A model generated the notes under the pieces. The model saw nothing but the letters and a program-made list of their open reading frames with translations, made no database searches and was not told the origin of the DNA. From assembly GCA_963667785.2 (NCBI GenBank), contig CAXXMU010000001.1, positions 1,088,001 to 1,152,000 of the forward strand: DNA of 64,000 nucleotides, in the 5' to 3' direction. How positions within the stretch are numbered: position 1 is the first letter of the stretch; each line of letters begins with the position of its first letter. The translations under genes and the position numbers were made by a program. Positions 48,785-59,543 of this stretch are shown piece by piece. The DNA is from Alphaproteobacteria bacterium (GTDB lineage Bacteria > Pseudomonadota > Alphaproteobacteria > UBA828).

Positions 48785-49990
48785 CTAGTCCCAGTAGACC
48801 GGCGTGGTGGTGATGACCTCCACGCCGTCCTTGCCCACGATCAGGTTCTGCTCGAAGCCCACGGCGCCGACCCCCTCCCAGGCGAGGAAGGCTTCCGAGC
48901 TGCAGACCATGTTCTCCAGGATGAGCTGGTCCTCGTCGCAGGTGGAGAGCCCGTACATCGGGTTCTCGAACATCATGTCGCAGAGGTGGCCGTAGAGCGG
49001 CCACTGCAGGCCCGCCTGATCGACCGTATCGCCACCGCCGGCCTCCCTGGTGAGCCGGTCGCCCTCGCGCGCGAGCTCGTGGGGCGAGACGCCGGGGCGG
49101 ATCTTCGCCATGACGCCGTCCACGATACCCATGCAGGCCTCGAGCAGCTCCCGCTGGACGGTGCTGGGGTGGCGCCCGCACACCGCCGTCCGTCCCGGAT
49201 CGAGAAAATAGCCGTGGCGCATCGGCCCCATGATCCAGGCACGCACGAAATCACCCTCGCCCGGCGCCGAGTCCGGATCGGCGCCGCTCAACGGATAGCG
49301 GCTGAAATTGTTCATCTCGTCGCCGGTGCCGTGGGAGAGGCGGATGATCGCGGGGATGCCGCCCCGGCGCACCACCTCGGCGGCGCCGGCGGCCGCGGCC
49401 TTCGCCTCGGTCCGGCCGCTGACGAGGCCCTCCATGATCAGGGTGAGCGCGCGGCTGGCGATGTCGCCGGCCTCGCGGAAGACCTCCAGCTCGCGCGCGC
49501 TCTTGACGTGCTGAACCGATTTGACGAGGTCGTCCTCGGGCCGCCAGTCGATGCTCGGGCACCACTCGCGCAGCCAGTCCATGTATTTGCAAGGCAGGAA
49601 GTCGGTGCCGACGATGGCGACCGGGCCGGCGATCCCGTGGGCGTTTAGCGCGTCTGCCGTGCCCTTGATCGGGTTCTGGTGCCAGTGCCAGTTGTCGGTG
49701 GCGAGCCAGTCCGCCGGCTCAAGGAGCTCGTCATTATGCAGCTCGGGCTCGTGGCCCGCCCGCATGATCACGGCGTTGTGGCCGCGCCCCTGCCAGAGGT
49801 TGTTGTCGGGCGTCTGGCCGGGGTGCCCGGAGTAGTGGTTGACCAGCCAGAGCAGGTTCGCGCAGCGGTCGTAGGAGCTGGCACCCCGCGACCAGATGAC
49901 GGCCGTCTCGTAGCCCCGGCGCGCCATCTCGCCCTGGACCTTGGCCCAGCGCGCCTCGTATTCCTCCCTGGGAAAGACCTGACTCGTCAT
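48785..49990 (-). CDS. M24 (Xaa-Pro peptidase/creatinase fold) hydrolase
   Basis: F.REEY.ARW, VKS.RELE.FREAG, GY..D.GRT, GH, LENMV.S.E, GFEQ...V.KDG.EVIT. Confidence 0.8.
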   Translation of the reverse strand: MTSQVFPREEYEARWAKVQGEMARRGYETAVIWSRGASSYDRCANLLWLVNHYSGHPGQTPDNNLWQGRGHNAVIMRAGHEPELHNDELLEPADWLATDNWHWHQNPIKGTADALNAHGIAGPVAIVGTDFLPCKYMDWLREWCPSIDWRPEDDLVKSVQHVKSARELEVFREAGDIASRALTLIMEGLVSGRTEAKAAAAGAAEVVRRGGIPAIIRLSHGTGDEMNNFSRYPLSGADPDSAPGEGDFVRAWIMGPMRHGYFLDPGRTAVCGRHPSTVQRELLEACMGIVDGVMAKIRPGVSPHELAREGDRLTREAGGGDTVDQAGLQWPLYGHLCDMMFENPMYGLSTCDEDQLILENMVCSSEAFLAWEGVGAVGFEQNLIVGKDGVEVITTTPVYWD

Positions 49991-50072
49991 GGTCGCTCAC
50001 CGGATCCGGCAATGCCTGCGCGGTCGCTCGCCGTCGCAGGGTAATGCCTTCGGCGCCGTTCCACCAAGCCCT

Positions 50073-50417
50073 TCACCGGTTTCGCTCGGGTCGGGAGCCG
50101 CGCCCGCAGCGGCGTCGCGCCCAGAGCCGGCCGCCTGAGCCGGTGGCCTCGATCGCCGTGAGCCGTTCGACCGCGACCATGCTGGCCAACGCCGCCCGGA
50201 GCGAGCGGCCGGACACCAGGTACTTGCTGATCCTGCCGGCGGGGAGCGTCGTGTCGCGCGCCCTCAGCGCGCCGGAGACGAAGGCGCGGATCTCGGCGAA
50301 CGAGCGGGGCTCGGCGAGGAGCGGCGACAGCAGCGCCTCGAATGCGTCAAGCTCGAGCTGCCTCTCCCATTCGACCGTGATCTTCTGCTCGAAGCTGTAG
50401 CTGCCCTCCAGCAGCAC
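50073..50417 (-). pseudogene. Coding-like fragment of unknown family (small hypothetical gene or truncated remnant)
   Basis: LLEGSYSFEQKITVEWERQLELDAFEALLSPLLAEPRSFAEIRAFV... has G/C-ending codons like the real genes, but no convincing RBS or start, and abuts the LysR stop. Confidence 0.35.
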
Positions 50418-50445
50418 CGCATCGCGGCACGCCGGGGACTCTCGC

Positions 50446-51366
50446 CTAGCGCGGCGCGCCTGTGCCATGAACCGGACCGTTCGCCGCGTGCTCCCGCGCC
50501 CGCGTGAGCCTGCCGTCCAGCACTCGGACCATGGCGGCCGCCAGGGCACGCATGGCGCCGGTGGCGCCGCCGGGGTTCCAGAAGAGCCCGATGTCGAAGT
50601 CGTCGAGCGCGGGCAGCTCGGCGCAGGGCGGCAGCGCGCGCAGCGTCGGCGGCACGGTGCTCGTCGAGATCGCGGTGAGGCCGAGCCCGCTCTCGATCGC
50701 CGCCTGGTTGCCCGCGAGGTTGGAGCTGGAATAGACGATCCTGTAGGGGATGTCCCGGCGCCGCAGCGCGCCGAGCACGCGCAGGCGGTACTGGCAGCCG
50801 TCGGGGAAGAGCACCAGGGGAAGCGGGCGTCGTGCCCGCAAGTCGTGGGTCTGGCTGCCGACCCAGGCCATCGGCTCGCGCCAGAGATCCGTCGGATGCG
50901 CGGTGGCGGAGTCGTCGTGCACCGCGAGAACGATGTCGAACTCGCTGCGGGCGAGCCTGGCGATCAGGTCGCGGCTCAGCTCGCAGGTCACGTCGAGCGC
51001 GATATCGGGGTTGGTCTCCGAGAAGCGACCGAGAAGCTGCGGCAGGAAGGAGAGCGCGAAGTCGCTCGGGATTCCCACGCGGATCGTCCCGGTGAGGATG
51101 CCGCCGTCGAGCCGGCCGACGCACTCGTCGTTCAGGGCCACGATCTGCTTGGCGTATTCGAGGACGATCTCGCCCTGCGGCGTGAGCCCGAAGGACTTGC
51201 CGGCGCTGGTGAGGACCGGCGAGCCGACGATCTGCTGCAGCCGCCGCATCTGCAGACTCACCGCCGACTGCGAGCGGCCGATCTCGTCTCCCGTCCGCGA
51301 GAAGCTCCTGGTCCGCGCCAGGACGAGCAGGGTCCTCAACAGGTCGATCGGGAGGATGCGTTCCAT
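50446..51366 (-). CDS. LysR family transcriptional regulator
   Basis: DLLRT......SFS.....GRSQSAVSLQMRRL HTH, LT..GE, G.IRVGIP.D, PLPLVL...GC.YR. Confidence 0.93.
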   Translation of the reverse strand: MERILPIDLLRTLLVLARTRSFSRTGDEIGRSQSAVSLQMRRLQQIVGSPVLTSAGKSFGLTPQGEIVLEYAKQIVALNDECVGRLDGGILTGTIRVGIPSDFALSFLPQLLGRFSETNPDIALDVTCELSRDLIARLARSEFDIVLAVHDDSATAHPTDLWREPMAWVGSQTHDLRARRPLPLVLFPDGCQYRLRVLGALRRRDIPYRIVYSSSNLAGNQAAIESGLGLTAISTSTVPPTLRALPPCAELPALDDFDIGLFWNPGGATGAMRALAAAMVRVLDGRLTRAREHAANGPVHGTGAPR

Positions 51367-51398
51367 CTCGGTCCGGCAGGCCGTCGATCATTCAGGCT

Positions 51399-51426
51399 GC
51401 AAATGGATCGGCACAAATCCATTTGC
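51399..51426. promoter_or_regulatory. Perfect 10-bp inverted repeat upstream of lysR (candidate operator)
   Basis: GCAAATGGAT-N8-ATCCATTTGC in an AT-enriched divergent intergenic region. Confidence 0.6.
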
Positions 51427-51519
51427 GTGCATCATGGTCGTGCCGGTGTCCGGCCGTGTCAACGGCGGTACCGGCGCAGGCCACGCGCGCGTTCGATCAG
51501 AGTTCCTCATGCAGCTATT

Positions 51520-51536
51520 TTGACTATTTATGTCAA
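51520..51536. promoter_or_regulatory. Palindrome TTGAC-N7-GTCAA upstream of the creatinase-like operon
   Basis: TTGACtatttatGTCAA within the most AT-rich patch of this intergenic region. Confidence 0.5.
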
Positions 51537-51629
51537 CAATCCACTGCGGGGTGCTATTGGTGGTCGCTGCGATGGCCTGCCGGAGCGATACTTGGGCCTA
51601 ACAACGAAACAAGGTCGAGAGGGGGCGCC

Positions 51630-52868
51630 GTGAACGACGGGGAGAAGATCACGACACAGAAAGTGTGGAGCGACGGCGAGATGCGGCGTCGCCTGCGCAA
51701 TCTCCACGCGCTGATGGACCGAGAGTCCTTCGACGCCGTGATCCTGACGAGTCTCCACAACGTCCTCTACTACACCGGCTTCTTCTGCCCGCCCTTCGGC
51801 CGGCTGCACTCGGCGGTCATCCCAAGGAAGGGCGAGCCGGCGCTGATCGTCTCCAGTATCGAGGATGTCCGCCCCCGGCACTGCTGCTACTTCGACGACA
51901 TCCGCCCCTTCCACGACTGGGAGATGAGCCCGCTCGAAAACAACGTGCGGCTCTTCGGGGAGGTGCTGAGCGACAACGGCATCACGGGCGGCCGCCTTGG
52001 CTACGAGGAGGACTCGGTGTCGGTCGGGTTCAAGGCGATGCTCGACGGCGCGCTCGGCGGCTTCGAGTTCGCCGACGTCGCCTACGACACCATGCGCCAG
52101 CGCCTGGTCAAGTCGGAGGAAGAGATCGCTCTCATCCGACAGGGCGTCGAGGTCTGCGAGGTCGGCGGCTACGCGGCGCTGGAGGCGCTGAAGCCGGGCG
52201 TCACCGAGGTCGAGATGGCGCGGGCCGCCAACTCCGCGGTCGAGGACGAGCTCCGCCGGCGCTTCCCCGACATCGAGGTCGACAACCTCAACATGTGCTG
52301 GATCCAGACCGGGCCCTATCGGAGCCGCGTCGGCCACATCATGAACGCGCACCGGGTCGTGCAGAAGGGCGAGATGATCAGCGTGAACCCCTACGCGATC
52401 ATCGGCGGCTACTACCACGTGCTGGAGCGCAGCCTCTACTGGGGGCACATCCCCGACGAGGCGCTCGCCGTCTTCAAGACCAACGTCGAGGCGCATCACG
52501 CCGGACTTCGCACTCTGCGCGCAGGCATCAGGTGCTCGGATGTCGACAAGGTCGTCAACCCGATCTACCGGGACGCGGGCCTCCTGGAGGGGCGCTCGTT
52601 CGGAACTGGCCACTCGGTCGGAATCATGTCCATCTGGTTCGGGCGCGAGGAAGGCGGCGAGCTGCGCCAGTACAACGACACCGTGCTCGAGGAGAACATG
52701 GTCGTGACCATGGAGCCGATGGTGAACGTGGACGGGCTCGGCGGCTTCCGCCATCACGACATCTGCCGCATCACCGCCGACGGCATCGAGAACCTCAACA
52801 CCTTCCCGCGCGGGGTCCTGCTGGCCGGCGACGACGGGAGGCTGGAAGAGCTTTGGCTGCCTTCGTGA
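51630..52868 (+). CDS. Creatinase-like amidinohydrolase (M24 fold)
   Basis: S..EM.RR, TS.HN..YY.....FGR, RLVKS.EEI.LIR.G..V...GG, GYY..LERSL, RSFG.GHS.G, GRE.G.ELR...DTVLE.NMVV.MEPM and GG.R.HDI follow creatinase motifs. Confidence 0.8.
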   Translation: MNDGEKITTQKVWSDGEMRRRLRNLHALMDRESFDAVILTSLHNVLYYTGFFCPPFGRLHSAVIPRKGEPALIVSSIEDVRPRHCCYFDDIRPFHDWEMSPLENNVRLFGEVLSDNGITGGRLGYEEDSVSVGFKAMLDGALGGFEFADVAYDTMRQRLVKSEEEIALIRQGVEVCEVGGYAALEALKPGVTEVEMARAANSAVEDELRRRFPDIEVDNLNMCWIQTGPYRSRVGHIMNAHRVVQKGEMISVNPYAIIGGYYHVLERSLYWGHIPDEALAVFKTNVEAHHAGLRTLRAGIRCSDVDKVVNPIYRDAGLLEGRSFGTGHSVGIMSIWFGREEGGELRQYNDTVLEENMVVTMEPMVNVDGLGGFRHHDICRITADGIENLNTFPRGVLLAGDDGRLEELWLPS

Positions 52869-52902
52869 AGAGGGCTGTCGCCCCGGCGGGCCGAGCGGGA
52901 CG

Positions 52903-54963
52903 ATGACGGCCCGGCTTGCCGCCGATATCGGGGGCACCTTCACCGACCTGGTGCTCCTTGACCCCGGCGGCGGTGTGCACGTGGCGAAGACGCTCTCCAC
53001 GCCGGGCGACTTCAAGGAGGGGGTGCTGGGCGGGGTCGAGCGGATTCTCTCGGATGCCGGCACCGAACTGGGCCGCAGCATCGCGCTCGCGGACGTCGAC
53101 TACTTCGTGCACGGCGCGACCGTCGTGCTCAATGCGCTGCTCGAGCGCAAGCTGCCGAGGTCCGCGCTCGTCACCACCCGGGGGTTTCGGGACGTGCTCG
53201 AGATCATGCGCACGAACAACCCCCGCATGTACGACCTCAAGTGGATCAAGCCGAAGCCGATCATCCCCCGGCATCTGCGCTTCGAGGTCGCCGAGCGCGT
53301 CCGTCACACGGGCGAGGTGTTGTGCCCGCTCGACGAGGAGGGCACGCGCAAAGTGGCGCGGCGGATCAAGGCGCTCGACATCCGCTCCGTCGCGCTCTGC
53401 TTCCTCCACGCCTACGCCAACCCGGACCATGAGCGCCGTGCCCGGGAGGTCTTCCTGGAGGAGCACCCGGAGGCGCACGTCACCATCTCCTCCGACGTCG
53501 CCAGCGAGCTCAGGGAGTTCGAGCGCACGTCGACGGTGGCGATCAACGCCAGCACGATCCCCATCATCTCGGCCTATCTGGACGGACTGTCCCGGGCATT
53601 GAGCGATCGGGGCCTGGAGCGGGAGCTCTTCGTGATGCAGTCGAACGGCGGGGTCATCACGAGCCGGGCGGCGCGGACGCTGCCGGTCCGCACCGTGATG
53701 TCGGGTCCCGCAGGGGGCGTCGTCGGCGCCCAGTTCATAGCGAACCGCATGGGTCTTCGCGACGTGGCGACCATCGACATCGGCGGCACCAGCAGCGACA
53801 TGGGCGTGATCTCCGACGGCCTGGCGCGGACGGTCGATCAGAGCGCGGTCGAGGGATGGCCGATCATGGCGCCGACGATCGAGATTCTCGCCATCGGCGC
53901 CGGCGGCGGCAGCATCGCCTGGGTCGATTCCGGCGGCGCGCTTCGCGTCGGCCCGCAGAGCGCAGGCGCCCGGCCGGGTCCGGCCTGCTACGGCCTCGGC
54001 GGGAGCGAGCCGACCGTCTCCGACGCCTGCGTCACGCTCAACCGGCTGAATCCGGACTACTTCCTCGCCGGCGAGATGACGCTCGACCGCGCGGCCGCCG
54101 AGCGGGCCATTCGCGAGCGCATCGCCGAGCCGCTCGGGATGGACGTGGCGGATGCCGCCGAAGGCGTGCTCCGGGTGGTCACCGCCAACATGAACAAGGC
54201 GATCCGCTCGATCCTCATCGCGCGGGGCTTCGATATCCGCGCCTTCACTCTCATGGCCTTCGGCGGTGCGGGCGGCATGGTGGCTGGCGAGCTGCTGCGC
54301 ATCGGCGACGTGCAGCGGCTCGTGGTGCCGAGCAACCCCGGCGCGGTCTCGGCCATCGGGATGCTCGCCACCGACCTCCGGCACGACTTCGCGCAGTCCA
54401 GCGTCCAGTCGCTCGCCGCCGTCGCGTGGTCCGACGTCGAGCGTGCCCTGCGGCATCTGCGGACCCTCGGCGCCGACAGGCTCCGCAGCGACGGCGTGGA
54501 CGACGGCGCCATGCGCTTCGACGACGCGCTCGACTTGCGCTATGTCGGGCAGGACTACTACCTGCGCGTCTACGTCGATATCGACGACCTCGACGGCGAG
54601 CGCATCCGCTCGGAGTTCGATAAGCTGCACGAGCACACCTATGGCTTCGCCAACCCCGAGTTCGAGGTCGAGATGGTCAACGCCCGCGTCTTCGCCATCG
54701 GCACGTTCGAGCGGCCTCGGCTCCCCGAGATCGCTGCCCGCGCCGCGGCCGACGGGCCGCTTGAGACGAAGGCGCGGCGCGACGTCTACTTCGGCGGTGG
54801 TTTCGTCGAGACAGCGATCTACGACGTGACCGCGCTCCGTGCCGACGACGAGATCGCCGGGCCCTGCATCATCGAGGATCCCCGCTCGACGATCGTCGTC
54901 ATGCCGGGCCAGCTCGCCACGGTGGATCGGTTTCGCAATCTTGCGATCGACGTGGCGGCGTGA
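52903..54963 (+). CDS. Hydantoinase/oxoprolinase A subunit (N-methylhydantoinase A-like)
   Basis: ADIGGTFTD, HGAT...NA, REFERTST, MQSNGG, SGPAGG, DIGGTS.D, IGAGGGSIAW, AFGGAG. Confidence 0.92.
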   Translation: MTARLAADIGGTFTDLVLLDPGGGVHVAKTLSTPGDFKEGVLGGVERILSDAGTELGRSIALADVDYFVHGATVVLNALLERKLPRSALVTTRGFRDVLEIMRTNNPRMYDLKWIKPKPIIPRHLRFEVAERVRHTGEVLCPLDEEGTRKVARRIKALDIRSVALCFLHAYANPDHERRAREVFLEEHPEAHVTISSDVASELREFERTSTVAINASTIPIISAYLDGLSRALSDRGLERELFVMQSNGGVITSRAARTLPVRTVMSGPAGGVVGAQFIANRMGLRDVATIDIGGTSSDMGVISDGLARTVDQSAVEGWPIMAPTIEILAIGAGGGSIAWVDSGGALRVGPQSAGARPGPACYGLGGSEPTVSDACVTLNRLNPDYFLAGEMTLDRAAAERAIRERIAEPLGMDVADAAEGVLRVVTANMNKAIRSILIARGFDIRAFTLMAFGGAGGMVAGELLRIGDVQRLVVPSNPGAVSAIGMLATDLRHDFAQSSVQSLAAVAWSDVERALRHLRTLGADRLRSDGVDDGAMRFDDALDLRYVGQDYYLRVYVDIDDLDGERIRSEFDKLHEHTYGFANPEFEVEMVNARVFAIGTFERPRLPEIAARAAADGPLETKARRDVYFGGGFVETAIYDVTALRADDEIAGPCIIEDPRSTIVVMPGQLATVDRFRNLAIDVAA

Positions 54964-54995
54964 GGCGGTAGGGCGCATCGGGACAGGGACGCACC

Positions 54996-56780
54996 ATGGC
55001 CAAGGCAATGAGTATCGCCGAGACGGCAGGTGAGCCGACGGTCGGTCAGACGGTCGATCCGGTCACGCTGGAGGTCGTCCGCGCCGGCCTGCACTCGATC
55101 ATCAGCGAGATGTCGATCACGCTGAACAGGACCTCCTATTCGACGATCCTGCGCGAGATCAACGACTACAGCTGCGTGCTCTTCGACAGTCGGGGCCGGC
55201 TTCTGGCCCAGGCCGAAGGCATCCCCATCTTCAACGGCAGCATGAACTTCGTGATCGACGCGGTGATCGAGAAGTTTCCCCTGGCCGAGATGGAACGGGG
55301 GGACATCTTCCTCTCCAATGATCCCTACACCGCCGGAGGCACACACAAGAACGACATCAACGTCGTCATGCCGATCTTCTGGCGGGGGGCGCTGGTGATG
55401 CTGGCGGCGAACAAGGCGCATCACCTCGACATCGGCGGCAAGGACCCCGGCAGCTGGTCGGCGGATGCCCGCAACACCTATCAGGAAGGCCTCTGCCTCC
55501 CCGCGCTCAGGCTCGCGCGCGGCGGCGCGATGAACGAGGAGGTCGTGGAGATCCTGATGGCGAACCTGCGCACGCCGACGCTCTCGCGCGGCGACTTCGC
55601 GGCCCAGATCGCCGCCCTGAAGACGGCCGAGCTCAGGACCCACGAGTGGCTGGAGAAGAACGGCGTCGAGCTGCTGACGCAGACGGTCGATGCGCTGCTG
55701 GACCACGGCGAGCGCGTCGTGCGTTCGGCCATCGAGAAGATTCCCGACGGCGTCTACAGGGCATCGGGGTTCGCCGATGGAGACGGAGTCTCGGACGAGC
55801 CGATCCCGATCGCCGTCACCGTCACGGTGGAAGGCGGCGACATCCACATCGACTACACCGGCAGCGGGGCGCAGCGCGAGGGCTCGGCGGGCAACGCCCA
55901 CTGGGTCGTGACTGTCTCGATGACGCGCCAGGCGATGATGTTCTTCACCGACACCGCGCTTGGCGGCAACGAGGGCTCGTACCGGCCCATCCACGTGACG
56001 GCGCCGCCCGGCTGTGTCTTCAATCCCGAGTACCCCGCGCCGGTGACGACCGGCATGGGGAACATGGGGACGCGGCTGATCGAGCTGATCTTCCAGGCGC
56101 TGGCCGATGTCGTGCCGGAAGAGGTGATCGGCGGTACCTTCGGCTGCTTCAGCTGCATGACCCTCGGCGGCAAGGACCCGACGACCGACGGCGAGTTCGT
56201 GCATTTCGAATGCTATTCCGGCGGCTGGGGCGGGCGCCACCACGCGGACGGCAACAGCGCCACCGTCTCGCTCGGCAGCGGAGATGCCTACAACATCCCG
56301 GTGGAAGTGATGGAGACCACGACGCCGATCCTGCTCTGCGAGAAGTTCGCGCTGCAGGAAGGTTCCGCCGGCGCCGGCAGGCATCGCGGCGGCTTCGGCA
56401 CCGAGATCGACTACCGCATGATGGGCGAGGCCGAGCTCGCCATCGCGCTGGATCGGGAGACCTTCAAGCCCTACGGGCTGTTCGGCGGGCAGGAGGGGCA
56501 GGGCAGCGAGCTCCTGGTCGAGCCTGACACGCCGTCGGAGGCGCGCTACGTGCGGGCGAGCGGCGTGAAGGTGGCCGAAGGCGCGCTCGTCCGTCACCGG
56601 ACGGCGGGGGGCGGCGGCTACGGCGCGCCGAGCGAGCGCGATCCGGCCCTGGTCGCCGACGACTGCCTGAACGAGCTGATCACGCCGGAGGAGGCGCGCG
56701 CTCTCTATCGGGTCGTGATCGACCCCGAGACCAGCGCGCCCGACCTCGATGCCACCGCCGCGCTCCGCAAGGCCGGGTGA
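54996..56780 (+). CDS. Hydantoinase B/oxoprolinase subunit (N-methylhydantoinase B-like)
   Basis: DPVTLEV, RTSYS.ILRE..DYSC, NDPY.AGGTH.ND, HHLDIGG, GAG.HRGG, GGGGYG.P.ERDP. Alternative start at 55008. Confidence 0.92.
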   Translation: MAKAMSIAETAGEPTVGQTVDPVTLEVVRAGLHSIISEMSITLNRTSYSTILREINDYSCVLFDSRGRLLAQAEGIPIFNGSMNFVIDAVIEKFPLAEMERGDIFLSNDPYTAGGTHKNDINVVMPIFWRGALVMLAANKAHHLDIGGKDPGSWSADARNTYQEGLCLPALRLARGGAMNEEVVEILMANLRTPTLSRGDFAAQIAALKTAELRTHEWLEKNGVELLTQTVDALLDHGERVVRSAIEKIPDGVYRASGFADGDGVSDEPIPIAVTVTVEGGDIHIDYTGSGAQREGSAGNAHWVVTVSMTRQAMMFFTDTALGGNEGSYRPIHVTAPPGCVFNPEYPAPVTTGMGNMGTRLIELIFQALADVVPEEVIGGTFGCFSCMTLGGKDPTTDGEFVHFECYSGGWGGRHHADGNSATVSLGSGDAYNIPVEVMETTTPILLCEKFALQEGSAGAGRHRGGFGTEIDYRMMGEAELAIALDRETFKPYGLFGGQEGQGSELLVEPDTPSEARYVRASGVKVAEGALVRHRTAGGGGYGAPSERDPALVADDCLNELITPEEARALYRVVIDPETSAPDLDATAALRKAG

Positions 56781-56881
56781 GGCTGCGAGATCGTGCCGCC
56801 GCCGGGTTCCGATGAGGCGAGCGGACGCAGCGAGCTGACGTGAGACCAGACGACCAACGAACCGAAAGGGAGGATCGGATC

Positions 56882-57979
56882 ATGTGGAAATGGTTTGCCG
56901 GTGCCGTCGCGGCGGTCGCGATGAGCGCGCTCGCCGTCTCCGGGGCTCAGGCGGCGTTCAAGCTGGACGGAGAGCCCAAGATCGCCATGCTGCAGCTCGC
57001 TACCGTCAACGACGGCGGCTGGTCGGAGGCGCTCGAATACGCGCGGGCCAAGACCGAAGACGCGCTCGGCGTCGAGATCGCCTACACCGAGAATGTGCCC
57101 GAGGACAATTCCGAGATCCTGCGGACCATCGATCTCTACGTGAGCCGGGGCTACAACGTCATCATCGGCACCTCGTGGGGCTATGGCGACGCCTTCCTCG
57201 AAGCCGCTACCAAGTACCCCGAAGTGGCCTTCGTGAACTGCGCTGGCGAGACCAACAACTCGGTCAATCTGGAGAGCTTCTACGCCCGCAGCTACCAGGG
57301 CTGGTACCTCGCCGGAATCGTCGCCGGACATCTGACGCAGTCCAAGAAGATCGGCTCCATCGGCGGCTATCCGCTGAGTGTCGTGAACTGGGATCTCAAC
57401 GGTTTCCTGCGCGGGGCGCAGTCGGTCGATCCCGCGATCGAGATGGTCGGCGTCTTCGTCAACACCTGGTACGACCCGGTCAAGGAGACCCAGGCGGCAG
57501 AAGCGCTGCTGGAGCAGGGCGTCGACGTGCTGGGCTCCAACATGAGCACGCCGGGGCCGCATCTCTCCTTCCAGGATCAGGGCAAGTGGTCGGTCGGATT
57601 CCAGATCGACGTGTCCGATCAGGCGCCCGACGCGGTGGCGACCTCGATGATCTACAAGTGGGAGGCCTATCTGATCCCGACGATTTCTGCGATCATCGAC
57701 GGCACCTGGGAGCCAGGCGAGTGGGGCTGGTGGGAAGGTATCGATACCGGTCTCTTCGACGTCGATCCTATCGCGTCGTGGGTGCCCGCAGCGGCGGTGG
57801 CGGATGTCGATGCGGCGCGCGCGGCGATGATCGCGGGCACGCTCGATCCCTTCCAGGGGCCGCTCCACCGTCAGGACGGCACGCTCGCCGTGGCCGAGGG
57901 CGAGGTCCTCTCCGACGACGGCCTGTGGGGGATGACCTACTTCATCCAGGGCGCCATAGGCACCATGCCCGCCGAGTAA
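56882..57979 (+). CDS. BMP family ABC transporter substrate-binding protein (purine/nucleoside type)
   Basis: Signal peptide ending AQA, DGGW, TENVPE, IIGTSWGY, N.F.RGA, TWYDP.KE..AA.ALL, F.GP...QDG. RBS GGGAGG. Confidence 0.88.
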   Translation: MWKWFAGAVAAVAMSALAVSGAQAAFKLDGEPKIAMLQLATVNDGGWSEALEYARAKTEDALGVEIAYTENVPEDNSEILRTIDLYVSRGYNVIIGTSWGYGDAFLEAATKYPEVAFVNCAGETNNSVNLESFYARSYQGWYLAGIVAGHLTQSKKIGSIGGYPLSVVNWDLNGFLRGAQSVDPAIEMVGVFVNTWYDPVKETQAAEALLEQGVDVLGSNMSTPGPHLSFQDQGKWSVGFQIDVSDQAPDAVATSMIYKWEAYLIPTISAIIDGTWEPGEWGWWEGIDTGLFDVDPIASWVPAAAVADVDAARAAMIAGTLDPFQGPLHRQDGTLAVAEGEVLSDDGLWGMTYFIQGAIGTMPAE

Positions 57980-58027
57980 CAAGCCGGGCGGGCGCGTCCC
58001 GTCCGCGGGTCTCGTCCGCGTGACGGG

Positions 58028-59527
<1,500 letters not shown>

Positions 59528-59543
59528 TGCCGGGCAGCGTCTG

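Noticed and set aside
56781-56881. Guanidine or purine riboswitch ahead of the BMP transporter (also checked ahead of DUF1989 and the creatinase-like gene)
   Set aside because: No paired ACGR-loop hairpins or other recognisable aptamer were seen. An Rfam scan would be needed to exclude one.
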